DNA from: Myxococcota bacterium
Lineage (GTDB): Bacteria > Myxococcota_A > Polyangia > Nannocystales > Nannocystaceae
Direction of reading: 5' to 3'
DNA length: 64,000 nt
NCBI GenBank assembly: GCA_039028615.1
Contig: JBCCHT010000018.1
Coordinates: forward strand, 128,001-192,000
Below, in pieces: positions 1 to 10,005 of the stretch (within the stretch, counting starts at the first letter, position 1; the number at the start of each line of letters is the position of its first letter). A model generated the notes under the pieces. It made no database searches, was not told where the DNA came from, and was given only the letters and a program-made list of their open reading frames with translations. A program made the position numbers and the translations under genes.

Positions 1-237
1 GTCGATCCCGAGGCCCGGCCCAGCGAGGTCACCGAGGAGCTCCTCGATGCCGCCGCCGACCCCGGCCCCGACCCCGAAGAGGTCGCCCGCCTCGCCGCTG
101 AGGAAGCGGCCCGCAAGGCCGCCGAGGAGGCTGCTGCCGCCGAGGCCGAGGCTGCCAAGGCCGCCGAGCAGGCCGCCGCTGCCGCCGAGCAGTCCGCCGA
201 CACCCCGACCCAAGCCGCACAGGAGACCGAAGGATGA
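1..237 (+). CDS. rpsF: 3' end of 30S ribosomal protein S6 (acidic, Ala-rich tail), partial
   Basis: Frame +1 is open from base 1 ([20 protein letters not shown]...AAQETEG) to TGA 235-237, overlapping the rpsR ATG (ATGA). Identity is inferred from rpsF-rpsR-rplI synteny only. Confidence 0.7.
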   Translation, partial: VDPEARPSEVTEELLDAAADPGPDPEEVARLAAEEAARKAAEEAAAAEAEAAKAAEQAAAAAEQSADTPTQAAQETEG

Positions 238-506
238 GCGAAGAACGAGGAAGAGATCGCGGTGACCGTGGTGATCGCGGCGAGCGTGGCGAGGGCAGCA
301 GCCGTCGCAAGCGCTTCGCGATGGTCGCGGACAAGAACTTGGTGCTGGACTACAAAAACCCCCAGCTGCTCAAGAACTTCTTGACCGACCGCGGCAAGAT
401 CGTCCCCGCTCGCATCTCCGGGCTCTCCGCCCGTCAGCAGCGGCAGCTCACCAAGGCCATCAAGCGCGCGCGCATGCTGGCCCTGCTTCCCTACACCTCG
501 GCCTGA
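234..506 (+). CDS. rpsR: 30S ribosomal protein S18 (cysteine-free form)
   Basis: [25 protein letters not shown]...[19 protein letters not shown] signature. Confidence 0.97.
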   Translation: MSEERGRDRGDRGDRGERGEGSSRRKRFAMVADKNLVLDYKNPQLLKNFLTDRGKIVPARISGLSARQQRQLTKAIKRARMLALLPYTSA

Positions 507-525
507 GGCCGACGAGGAGCCCGTC

Positions 526-972
526 ATGATCAGCGTCATTCTGAAGCAAGACGTCGACAACCTCGGTCGGGCCGGTGAGATCGTCCAGGTCAAGCCCGGT
601 TATGGCCGTAACTTCCTCATTCCGCGCGGCATGGCTCTGCTGGCCACGCGCGGCAATGTGGCGCAGCACGAGCACCACCGCCGTGCCATCGAGGCCGAGC
701 AGGCCCGCATCCACGAGAAGCAGCGCGAGATCGCTGCCGTGCTCGAGAAGACCAAGGTCTCGATCGCGCGCAAGGCCGGCAAGGACGGCAAGCTCTTTGG
801 CTCGGTCGGTTCGCGCGACATCGTCGACGCGCTCGCGATGCAGAACCTCGAGCTCGATCGTCGCCTGGTCAAGCTCGACGATCCGATCCGCGAGACCGGT
901 AGCTTCGACGTGGTCGTGCGCTTCAGCGCCGACATCCAGGTCGAGCTGAAGGTCAACGTCATCGGTATCTGA
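526..972 (+). CDS. rplI: 50S ribosomal protein L9
   Basis: VILKQDVDNLGRAGEIVQVKPGYGRNFLIPRG and GKLFGSV motifs; GAGGAG RBS. Confidence 0.98.
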   Translation: MISVILKQDVDNLGRAGEIVQVKPGYGRNFLIPRGMALLATRGNVAQHEHHRRAIEAEQARIHEKQREIAAVLEKTKVSIARKAGKDGKLFGSVGSRDIVDALAMQNLELDRRLVKLDDPIRETGSFDVVVRFSADIQVELKVNVIGI

Positions 973-997
973 AATCGAGCCTCGCTCGATGACAGCC

Positions 998-1034
998 ACG
1001 AAGGCCGGTCGCAAGACCGGCCTTCGTTCGTTTC
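998..1034 (+). terminator. Intrinsic terminator of the ribosomal protein operon
   Basis: Perfect 13-bp stem ACGAAGGCCGGTC-GCAA-GACCGGCCTTCGT followed by TCGTTTC. Confidence 0.8.
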
Positions 1035-1103
1035 GAAGCTGCGACTCGCTCCTACATCGGCATTGGGCCGCCCGCCTCGACGCGGGGCTGCTAAGCTCGA
1101 CGC

Positions 1104-1568
1104 ATGGCTTCAAAGAAGAAAATACAGCCGAGCCCGCCGCCCAGCGGTCCCGCGCTGTGCAAACCGGTCTTGGGCGCCCTGTTGATGTCGATGCCCGCGG
1201 CGGGCTGCGGCGACGACTCGGGCTCCGAGAGCACCAGCAGCAGCGCGAGTACCAGCACCACGGGCGACGGCACCACGGACATCGCGCCCATGCCCGGCCC
1301 CACCGACACCAACCTTCCGCCGATGGAGCCGCCCACGGGTGATACCGCGGCCGAGGTCGGGGAGACGACCGGAGACGACAGCACCTCGGATGGCTCACCG
1401 ATGCCGCCGCCCACCGGGGATGACACGGGCACGACGGGCGAGGACACGGGCACGACGGGCGAGGACACGGGCACGAGCGAAGGCAGCGAGTCGGGTGACA
1501 TCCCGCCGATGCCTCCCCCCATGCCGCCGCCTCCGATGCCCGCGCCGATGCCCGATCCCGGCGACTAG
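1104..1568 (+). CDS. Low-complexity Thr/Gly/Asp- and Pro-Met-rich putative lipoprotein
   Basis: Hydrophobic segment with lipobox AAGC; DTGTTGE repeats (about three 21-bp units near 1422-1480); PPM repeats. Confidence 0.7.
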   Translation: MASKKKIQPSPPPSGPALCKPVLGALLMSMPAAGCGDDSGSESTSSSASTSTTGDGTTDIAPMPGPTDTNLPPMEPPTGDTAAEVGETTGDDSTSDGSPMPPPTGDDTGTTGEDTGTTGEDTGTSEGSESGDIPPMPPPMPPPPMPAPMPDPGD

Positions 1569-1595
1569 CCGCCCGCACCGTCACTCGAGCCACTC

Positions 1596-2615
1596 GTGAA
1601 GCGAAAGCTCGTTCGTTCGCGCAAGGGACGGTCGCGTACGCGGCCGTCCGCGTCGGCCGTGGCTCCGTCGTGGCAGCGCTGGGTCGCGGACAACCTGCTG
1701 CGCGGCGTGGACGGGCCCGATCTCGTCGACGGGCTCGTCGGCGGTGGTGTGCCCCCAGGGTTGGCGCGGCGCACCGTGGCCGAGATCGCGGCTTCGCCCG
1801 GGCTGGCAGCGGCGCGCGAGAGTCAGCGTCGGGCCAACCGCACGGCGCAGGTCGTTCGCCTCGACACCGAGCTCCGCGGCGGCGCCGTGCTGCGCAGGGA
1901 AGCGCCGGGCGCCGACGAGTTCTTTGCCAACGACTGGGCGCTGGGACGCCCGGCGATCTTCACCGACGTCATTCCTCGATGGCATCGACGCTGGACCCCC
2001 GAGTACCTGCGCGAGCGCTATGGCGACGTGGAGGTGCAGGCGTGTCTGGGTCGCGACCGTGATCCGCGACCGGACGCGAACTGGCAGCGACACGCCATCA
2101 CGCTGACCTTCGGCGAGTACATCACCCGGGTGCTGGAGACCGAGTCGGGCAACGACCTGTACCTGATCGCCAACAACCACAACACCGCCCGCCCGGAGCT
2201 GCAGTCGTTGTGGGAGGACCTGGTGCTGCCCGAGGGGTGGTTCAACGAGCCGAAGCTCGCCAACGGTTCGGCGCTGTGGGTGGGGCCCGCTGGCACTCAT
2301 ACCCCGCTGCACCACGACACCTCGAACATCTTGTTCTGTCAGGTCTACGGGAGAAAGCGGATCGTGCTCGCGCCTCCGGGCGCGCCCGCGCTGCTCGATG
2401 CGGCCGACGGGGTCTACAGCGGCATGACGGCGGAACAGGCGCTGGCGGCCGATCTCGGGGCGGTGGAGGTCGTCGTCGAGCCCGGCGAAGCGTTGTTCAT
2501 CCCGGTGGGCTGGTGGCACGACGTGCTCGCGCTCGATGTCTCGGTGAGCCTGGCGATCAACGCCTTTGCGCGGCCGAACGTGTTTTCTTGGTACACACCC
2601 GGCGCGCTGCGTTGA
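1596..2615 (+). CDS. JmjC/cupin_8 family Fe(II)/2-oxoglutarate oxygenase
   Basis: LWVGPAGTHTPLHHD (HxD), QVYGRKR, PGEALFIPVGWWHDV (distal His). Confidence 0.9.
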   Translation: MKRKLVRSRKGRSRTRPSASAVAPSWQRWVADNLLRGVDGPDLVDGLVGGGVPPGLARRTVAEIAASPGLAAARESQRRANRTAQVVRLDTELRGGAVLRREAPGADEFFANDWALGRPAIFTDVIPRWHRRWTPEYLRERYGDVEVQACLGRDRDPRPDANWQRHAITLTFGEYITRVLETESGNDLYLIANNHNTARPELQSLWEDLVLPEGWFNEPKLANGSALWVGPAGTHTPLHHDTSNILFCQVYGRKRIVLAPPGAPALLDAADGVYSGMTAEQALAADLGAVEVVVEPGEALFIPVGWWHDVLALDVSVSLAINAFARPNVFSWYTPGALR

Positions 2616-2631
2616 GGTATATCGAAGGACG

Positions 2632-3201
2632 ATGTCCTTCTTCGACGACGAGGCCAATGTCGACCAGTACCTGCAAATGGCCGAGGGCTACGATGGCGCC
2701 GCCCTGGTCGAGGTGCTGGGTCGCCACTTGCAGCCCGGGGCCTCCGTACTCGAGCTCGGGATGGGCCCGGGCAAGGACCTGGCGCTGCTGAGCGACGCGG
2801 GCTTCGAGCCGACGGGCTCTGATGCGTCGGAGGTCTTCGTGCGTCGCTACATGGATGGCGGTGGGGCTCACCCGGTGTTGTTGCTCGACGCGGTCACCCT
2901 CGACACCGACGAGCGCTTCCATGCGATCTACTCGAACAAGGTGCTGCAGCACCTGACCCGCGCCGACTTTCGAGCCTCGTTGTCGCGACAGGCCGAGCTG
3001 ATCCCCACGGGCGGGGTCATGCTGCACTCGCTGTGGTACGGCACGGCCGACGAAGAGCACGGCGGGCTCCGCTTCACCCAGCACGACGAGGCGAGCATTC
3101 GAACGTCGTTGCCCGACTCGCTCGAGCTGGTCGCCCACGAGCGCTACACGGAGATGGACGCCGACGACTCGATCTGGGTCGTGCTTCAGAAGCGGCCGTG
3201 A
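2632..3201 (+). CDS. Class I SAM-dependent methyltransferase
   Basis: VLELGMGPGKD motif I; IYSNKVLQHL; GAAGGA RBS before ATG 2632. Confidence 0.9.
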   Translation: MSFFDDEANVDQYLQMAEGYDGAALVEVLGRHLQPGASVLELGMGPGKDLALLSDAGFEPTGSDASEVFVRRYMDGGGAHPVLLLDAVTLDTDERFHAIYSNKVLQHLTRADFRASLSRQAELIPTGGVMLHSLWYGTADEEHGGLRFTQHDEASIRTSLPDSLELVAHERYTEMDADDSIWVVLQKRP

Positions 3202-3740
3202 AGGGCCAGCGTGCCGCCACCGCGGGTGGGGGCGGCCGCCAGCCGTAGTCGCATGGCCCGACGATGGCGTAGCAGCGGCACCGCGCCCACCGTCATGTAG
3301 GCCATGCCCATCGCCTGCATGAAGCCGAAGTTCACCAGGGCCACGGTGAAGCCTCCGCACTTGCAGACCCCGGCTGCAGCCATGGGCCCGAGGCCGGGGA
3401 TCAGCATGAGCTTGGCCGCCCGCATCGCGGAGCGCTCGGAGAGCTGGAGCACGCCGTCCTCGATGCGTTTGTCGATCATCACCGCCGCGGTCAGGGTGCC
3501 GCCGAGGTAGGCCAGCCCGAACAGCACGCCGCCGCCGATGAGGAAGCCACGCTTTCTCTTGATCGCGCTGTTGGAGAGCTTCTTGCCGGGGAACCGATGG
3601 ACGGGAGGCGGATCGAGCTGAGGTTGATGGCTCGGGGCGACGACGGTCGGGGTCGGCGTCGTGGCCTGGGCCGGCGGTGACGGAGTCGACACGAAGGCGC
3701 CCGCGGCCAGTGCCAGCGAGCCCAAGGCAGACAGCGCCAT
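3186..3740 (-). CDS. Secreted or membrane hypothetical protein (paralogue of the adjacent gene)
   Basis: Signal peptide, hydrophobic helices, LIPGLGP motif, C-terminal LHGRF. Confidence 0.75.
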   Translation of the reverse strand: MALSALGSLALAAGAFVSTPSPPAQATTPTPTVVAPSHQPQLDPPPVHRFPGKKLSNSAIKRKRGFLIGGGVLFGLAYLGGTLTAAVMIDKRIEDGVLQLSERSAMRAAKLMLIPGLGPMAAAGVCKCGGFTVALVNFGFMQAMGMAYMTVGAVPLLRHRRAMRLRLAAAPTRGGGTLALHGRF

Positions 3741-3742
3741 GG

Positions 3743-4408
3743 CTAGAACCTCAGCCCCACCGAGACCTGGGCACCGCGGCTCGAGGCCATGCCGGTCACG
3801 TTGAGCCGCTCGAGTCGCTTGGCGCGACCGAGCCGCGCGATGCCGAGGACGACGAGCCCCGCCCCGAGCCCCTGCGTCAGCCCAGCCACGCCCGCGGCCC
3901 AGGCCCGCGTGGCGGTGTCGGCTCGGGCGATGGCCAAGCCGGGGCCGATCCCGGGGATCAGCAGCGCTCGACCGAATCGGCGGCGGTCGTCGGCCCGTGC
4001 CGATTCGTCGACATCGAGGGTGTCGGGGTCATCGACCATGTCGCGGGCACGATCGATGGCCAGCGCGCCCGCCAACGACGTGAACAGGTACGACACACCG
4101 CTGACCATGGCGCCGCTGATGATCAGGCCGCGGCCGCTCTTGCGATCCTTGCGGACCTGATCGGCGCGCTCCCACTGCCGCAGCTGCTCGGGCGTGGGCG
4201 GAGGCGGAGGCGCGGGCTTGGGCGGCGGCGGGGTTGCAGCCGGCTCCGAGGTCACCTCGACGGTGACCTCGGTCGTGGTGGTGGACGTGGGCTCGGCGGC
4301 GACGGCCACGGTGCGCAGGTTGGCGACCGTGGCCGGGGTGGCCGACGCAGACAGGGGCAGCGCGAGCGTCATCAACGACGCCGCGCCCGTAAGGGCTAGT
4401 CGATTCAT
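3743..4408 (-). CDS. Secreted or membrane hypothetical protein
   Basis: Signal peptide, Pro-rich linker, LIPGIGP motif, C-terminal VGLRF. Confidence 0.75.
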   Translation of the reverse strand: MNRLALTGAASLMTLALPLSASATPATVANLRTVAVAAEPTSTTTTEVTVEVTSEPAATPPPPKPAPPPPPTPEQLRQWERADQVRKDRKSGRGLIISGAMVSGVSYLFTSLAGALAIDRARDMVDDPDTLDVDESARADDRRRFGRALLIPGIGPGLAIARADTATRAWAAGVAGLTQGLGAGLVVLGIARLGRAKRLERLNVTGMASSRGAQVSVGLRF

Positions 4409-4539
4409 GGGGACCTGCACGCCGGGCGTGCTCGTGGGCGGTAGTGCCGGTCCCCGGTCGGACGATCATGGGTCCAACGAATCTCGGAGTTTCGCGTCGG
4501 GCCTGAATATTCGGCGTGAACGCGACGTCGTCGGCGATT

Positions 4540-6060
4540 TCAGCGAGGGTCGTGCACGACGATGGTGGCGCTGACCTTGGCCTTGCGGTCGCGTTCGGTG
4601 CGGGCCACGACGCGCGTGTCGGGCAGGCCGAAGCGGTCGATGGCATGCGAGACCACGCGGCGTCCCGCATCGGGCGAGCGCGGTACCCAGACCTCGATGG
4701 TCGAGCGGGAGAACACGCCCGCGAGGAAGCCGACCTCGCTCACCAGCGCCGACTCGGCCTCGGGCGACAGCCGTCGACCGCGAACCTCGTGGGTGAGCAG
4801 GACCTCGCCCATCGGCTCGTTCGTCGTCGAGGTGGACGAAGTGTTCGAGACCGGCTGCGGCCGAACGCCCGAGGACTGTCGCGCGAGGTCGGCGATGACC
4901 GCCGCGCTCAAGGGGATCCGCTCGGGCGGCGGGGTGGTCAGCAAGCCGACGTCGCGCCATAGATCCCAGGTGCGGTGAAACAGCACGTCGAGGTTGACGG
5001 CGCCGCGCCCCGACAGGCCGGCTGCCTGCGCGCTGGCGTGCAGATCGGTGAACTCCATCCAGCCCAGGGCATCGATGAGGTCGACCGCCTCCGGGGCCCC
5101 GGACGCTTCGGACAGTGCTCGGGCGGCGGCGGGGGGATCGAGCGCGAGGGTCTCGACACCGCCCAGCCACACGCGCGACCACTCGACCAGATCGGCCTGG
5201 CGTCGCTCGAGCACGCCCGCGGGGGCCACTGCGACCACGGGCACGAGGTGGGTGGCATCGGCGGTGGAGATCACCAGATCGCGGGCATCGATCTGCCGCG
5301 ACCGACGACGCTCGACCGCCCGCAATGGGTACCGACGCGACTTGTTGCTGGGTTCGACCAGTCGCACGCGGGACGCGGGCAGCCCCGCCTGGTCGAGGAC
5401 GAACAAGCCCAGCAGCGAGGGCGAGGAACCGGCCTCTCCCTGCAACCGAAGCTCGCCGCGTGGCAGGTGATCGAGCATGGCGGACGTACCCACGACCGCA
5501 TCGCGACCGCGGGACCAGGCCACGACCTGGAACACCTGGGGAGACAGGGCTCGCAGTCGCTCGTACGAGGCCACGAAGGCGGGCAGCGGCATCAGGGCGA
5601 TGTCGGCTCCTCGCTCGTCGCTCCCGCCTCGACCCAGCCGCACTTCGATCGCCTCGGGGGAGGTGACGGAGGCAAAGGTGACGGGCAGCCCCGCCTTGCC
5701 GAACGCGTGCTCGGTATTCGGCTTCAGCCCACCGTTGGCCAGCACGCCCGGGGCCAGGACCTCCCAGTCCAGCGCCACGACCTTGAGCGGCTCGCGGGGG
5801 GCCACGGGCTCGGCCGGGTCGGCGTTCGTCGTGCTCGCCGTCGCGACCACTTCGCCATCGGCCGTGGCCTCGACTGCAGGCGTCGTGCCTTCGGCGTTGG
5901 GCTCGGGCTCGGCCGTGGCTTCCGCTTCGGCTTCGACCTCGGAGGCACTGGCGGTGGCGACCTCGACCGGAGGCCAGGCGGGGCGAGGCCGGGTGACGGC
6001 CAGACCGGTCACCACTCCCAGCATGCTCACCAATCCCAGGAAGACTGCTACGCGTCGCAT
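4540..6060 (-). CDS. Periplasmic substrate-binding-like protein (NMT1/TauA-like, divergent)
   Basis: N-terminal TM segment; PLKVVALDWE..PGVLANGGL, WSRGRDAVV and GSSPSLLGLFVL resemble type II periplasmic binding proteins; start overlaps the protease stop codon. Confidence 0.55.
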   Translation of the reverse strand: MRRVAVFLGLVSMLGVVTGLAVTRPRPAWPPVEVATASASEVEAEAEATAEPEPNAEGTTPAVEATADGEVVATASTTNADPAEPVAPREPLKVVALDWEVLAPGVLANGGLKPNTEHAFGKAGLPVTFASVTSPEAIEVRLGRGGSDERGADIALMPLPAFVASYERLRALSPQVFQVVAWSRGRDAVVGTSAMLDHLPRGELRLQGEAGSSPSLLGLFVLDQAGLPASRVRLVEPSNKSRRYPLRAVERRRSRQIDARDLVISTADATHLVPVVAVAPAGVLERRQADLVEWSRVWLGGVETLALDPPAAARALSEASGAPEAVDLIDALGWMEFTDLHASAQAAGLSGRGAVNLDVLFHRTWDLWRDVGLLTTPPPERIPLSAAVIADLARQSSGVRPQPVSNTSSTSTTNEPMGEVLLTHEVRGRRLSPEAESALVSEVGFLAGVFSRSTIEVWVPRSPDAGRRVVSHAIDRFGLPDTRVVARTERDRKAKVSATIVVHDPR

Positions 6061-7226
6061 TACCACCTCGACCCGTCGAACCCGCGGGCTTCGGGATATT
6101 CGGATTTGATCATCGGTTTGAGGACGTCGATGGGAATGGCGAGGTTGAGGTTCTCGCCCCAGAGCTTGGCCACGGTGACGCCAATGACGTCGCCATGCTC
6201 GTCGAAGACCGGCCCGCCCGAGTTGCCCGGAGACACGGGAGCCGACATCTGGATGTAGCGCTTGCCTTCGTACAGGCGCCGCGAAGAGACCAGGCCGTCG
6301 GTCATGGTGTGCTCGAGGCCGATGGGGTTACCGATCACCACGACCGGCTTGCCGACGACGATGTCGGCGGAGACCCCCAGCACCACGGGCTTGGGCTGCA
6401 CCTCGGACTTCATGCGCAGCAACGCGAGGTCCATCTCGGGGTTGGTCTCGAGCAGCTCGACGCCTTCGGCCTTGCTGCCGTCGAAGAGCTTGATCTCGAT
6501 CGTCTCCGCCTCGGCGACGACGTGATTGTTGGTGGCGATCGTGCCGCGCTCGTCGATGACGAAGCCGGTACCGACCCCCGAACCATGGTCGGTCTCGACA
6601 TTGATGGTGACCACCGAGGGGGCCCAGCTCTCGAACAACTCGGCCGGGTCGAGCACGGTTCGCTCGCTGTCGTCGGCCGGCGCGGGGGTGTACTCGGCTC
6701 CTTCGGCGACGACGGTGGGGGGTTTTTCGGTCTCGGGGTCTTCGGCCGGAGCTTCTGCGTCTTCGGCCGGCACCACTTCGGCGGCGGCGGCTTCGGCTGG
6801 GTCGAGGCCTGCGGTCCAGCGCGTGGCCCAGGCGACGTGGCGCCACCCGTGGTCCTCGAAACAAGTGGCCTGCGCCCCCAGCGGGGTCTGCAGGATGCTC
6901 GTGCCGAGGACGACGGACGCGGTCGCGCCCAGCATCCAGGTGGTGGCGAGCACGTCGGACAGCAGCCCGGGACGGGAGGACCCGTCGGTGGGCAGTAGCC
7001 GGTCGGCCAGCAATAGCGGCACGATGGCCGCCACGAATCCGGCGACACCCAGCTGAATCCACAAGTTGTGAGTCACGAGCCCGACCAGGCTCATCAGTGT
7101 CACTCCCGAGACCACCGCGCCCACGACGACGGCCAGGAGCTTGATCGGCCCCGTCAGCCACACCATCGTGGGTCGGTCCGGGGAGCGTTCGGGCGGGGTC
7201 GGTCGACCCGCGTCCTTGGCTTCCAT
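6060..7226 (-). CDS. Membrane-anchored trypsin-like (S1C/HtrA-like, no PDZ) serine protease
   Basis: GTGFVI, TNNHVV (His), DLALL (Asp), SPGNSGGP (Ser); N-terminal TM helices; GGAGG RBS. Confidence 0.92.
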   Translation of the reverse strand: MEAKDAGRPTPPERSPDRPTMVWLTGPIKLLAVVVGAVVSGVTLMSLVGLVTHNLWIQLGVAGFVAAIVPLLLADRLLPTDGSSRPGLLSDVLATTWMLGATASVVLGTSILQTPLGAQATCFEDHGWRHVAWATRWTAGLDPAEAAAAEVVPAEDAEAPAEDPETEKPPTVVAEGAEYTPAPADDSERTVLDPAELFESWAPSVVTINVETDHGSGVGTGFVIDERGTIATNNHVVAEAETIEIKLFDGSKAEGVELLETNPEMDLALLRMKSEVQPKPVVLGVSADIVVGKPVVVIGNPIGLEHTMTDGLVSSRRLYEGKRYIQMSAPVSPGNSGGPVFDEHGDVIGVTVAKLWGENLNLAIPIDVLKPMIKSEYPEARGFDGSRW

Positions 7227-7502
7227 CGGCACCTCCTGAATCGGGGCAACCGACGAGGCCGGAGGGTATTTCCCCACCGCGCAGGTCAATTCACCCTGAC
7301 GGCCAATTGGCGCCCCGGGGTCGTTGGAGAGGGCTGTCCGGGCATTCGGTCATCTCGATACGCGTATCTTTTGCGGATCGAATCTCGCCGACCGATCGGT
7401 CCACCCCGGTGGAGCCGATCGCGCTCGGCGTTGGCTCTCATTGGCCCGCAGAGTCTGCCGATTGCGTGCTCTGGGGTCGGGTGCAACACTCCGCGAACAG
7501 CG

Positions 7503-8447
<945 letters not shown>

Positions 8448-8691
8448 CGCGTACAGTCACGAACACGTAACGGTGCTCATCTCACGCGGCGGACTCCGCG
8501 TGTAACCTCGGCGGAGCATGCAACGTCCTCGACGTGGGCCGGCTTTCGTTCCAGTGGGCCCTTGGTGGGCTGCTTGACAAAGGGCAGACCCGTCGACAAT
8601 GCTCCGCTCTACCCTGCCCAACCACTCGAGGGGTTGGAAGGGCGCGGCGGACTCACCCCCGGACGTTCTCCCTAGTCCCCGCCTAGACATC

Positions 8692-10005
8692 ATGTCTGTC
8701 TCTCTCGACGTCGCCAAGGCTCATTGCTCCCCGGGCGATCTGTGGGTTCCTTCGGCCGATCTCGCGGAGCGTTATCCGCTGATTCGAGCCGCTACACGGG
8801 CTCTGACGGCACCTTTGGAGATCGAGGACTACGGTCTCCAGTCGATGCCCGACGCCAGTCCGCCCAAGTGGCACCTGGCCCATACGACCTGGTTTTTCGA
8901 GACCTTCGTGCTCGCGCGGCAGGTCCCGGACTATCAGCCCTTTCATCCGCGCTACGGGTATCTGTTCAACTCGTACTACGAGACGGTGGGTAGCTTTCAC
9001 CCCCGTCCGCAACGCGGACTGCTGACACGGCCGACTGTTGCCGAGGTGCAACGGTACCGGGACCACGTCGACCACCACATGCAGGCGCTGCTCGATCGAG
9101 GGATCACCGATCCGTCGGTCGCCGCCATCGTGGAGGTCGGCCTCAACCACGAGCAGCAGCACCAAGAGCTGATCCTCACCGATCTCAAGCACGGCCTCTC
9201 GTGCAATCCGCTGCGGCCCGTGTATCGCGACGTGAAGTCGGCCGCCGCCGCGGTCGATCCTTCGCTGCCGCTTTCGTGGCTCGAGCACCCGGGCGGCCTG
9301 GTCGACGTGGGGCACGGCGGCAACGGCTTCGGCTTCGACAACGAGTTCCCCCGCCACCGCGTGTACCTGCGCCCGTTCTCCATCGCTTCGCGACTGGTGA
9401 CCAACGGCGAGTACCTCGAGTTCATGGCCGACGGCGGCTACCGTCGCCCCGAGCTGTGGCTATCCGCGGGCTGGGACGTGGTGCGTCGGCAAGGCTGGCA
9501 GGCACCGCTGTACTGGGAGCGAGCCGCCGAGGGTGAGCCGTGGCACGTGTTCACGCTGGGCGGCATGCGACCGGTCGATCCCGCCGGACCGGCGTGCCAC
9601 CTGAGCCTGTACGAGGCCGATGCCTTCGCGAGCTGGAAGGGCGCCCGCTTGCCCACCGAGGCCGAGTGGGAGATCGCATGCAGCCCGCGTCCCGTACGGG
9701 GCAACTTCGTCGAGAGCGAGGCCTTTCACCCCGTGCCGCTGCGAGGGGCCACCGGTCCCGGTCCGCATCAGGCCTTCGGTGACGTGTGGGAGTGGACGGC
9801 GAGCGCCTACGCGCCCTATCCCGGCTTCCGCCCGCTCGACGGTTCGCTCGCCGAGTACAACGGCAAATTCATGTGCAACCAGCTCGTGCTACGAGGCGGC
9901 TCCTGTGCCACCCCGGCTTCGCACGCGCGCGCCAGCTACCGGAACTTCTTCCCGCCCGAAACTCGCTGGCAATTCTCGGGCCTTCGTCTGGCAAAAGACT
10001 CATGA
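8692..10005 (+). CDS. egtB: Ergothioneine biosynthesis sulfoxide synthase EgtB
   Basis: QSMPDASPPKWHLAHTTWFFETF, LFNSYYE, HEQQHQEL, FGE-like C-domain, RASYRNFFPPETRWQFSG. Confidence 0.95.
   Translation: MSVSLDVAKAHCSPGDLWVPSADLAERYPLIRAATRALTAPLEIEDYGLQSMPDASPPKWHLAHTTWFFETFVLARQVPDYQPFHPRYGYLFNSYYETVGSFHPRPQRGLLTRPTVAEVQRYRDHVDHHMQALLDRGITDPSVAAIVEVGLNHEQQHQELILTDLKHGLSCNPLRPVYRDVKSAAAAVDPSLPLSWLEHPGGLVDVGHGGNGFGFDNEFPRHRVYLRPFSIASRLVTNGEYLEFMADGGYRRPELWLSAGWDVVRRQGWQAPLYWERAAEGEPWHVFTLGGMRPVDPAGPACHLSLYEADAFASWKGARLPTEAEWEIACSPRPVRGNFVESEAFHPVPLRGATGPGPHQAFGDVWEWTASAYAPYPGFRPLDGSLAEYNGKFMCNQLVLRGGSCATPASHARASYRNFFPPETRWQFSGLRLAKDS

Noticed and set aside
7227..7502. NAD+ (nadA motif) riboswitch
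   Set aside because: No recognisable match to the motif by eye; an Infernal search would settle it.
8574..8600. Sigma70 promoter TTGACA...GACAAT for egtB
   Set aside because: The spacer is only 15 bp; possible but unsupported.
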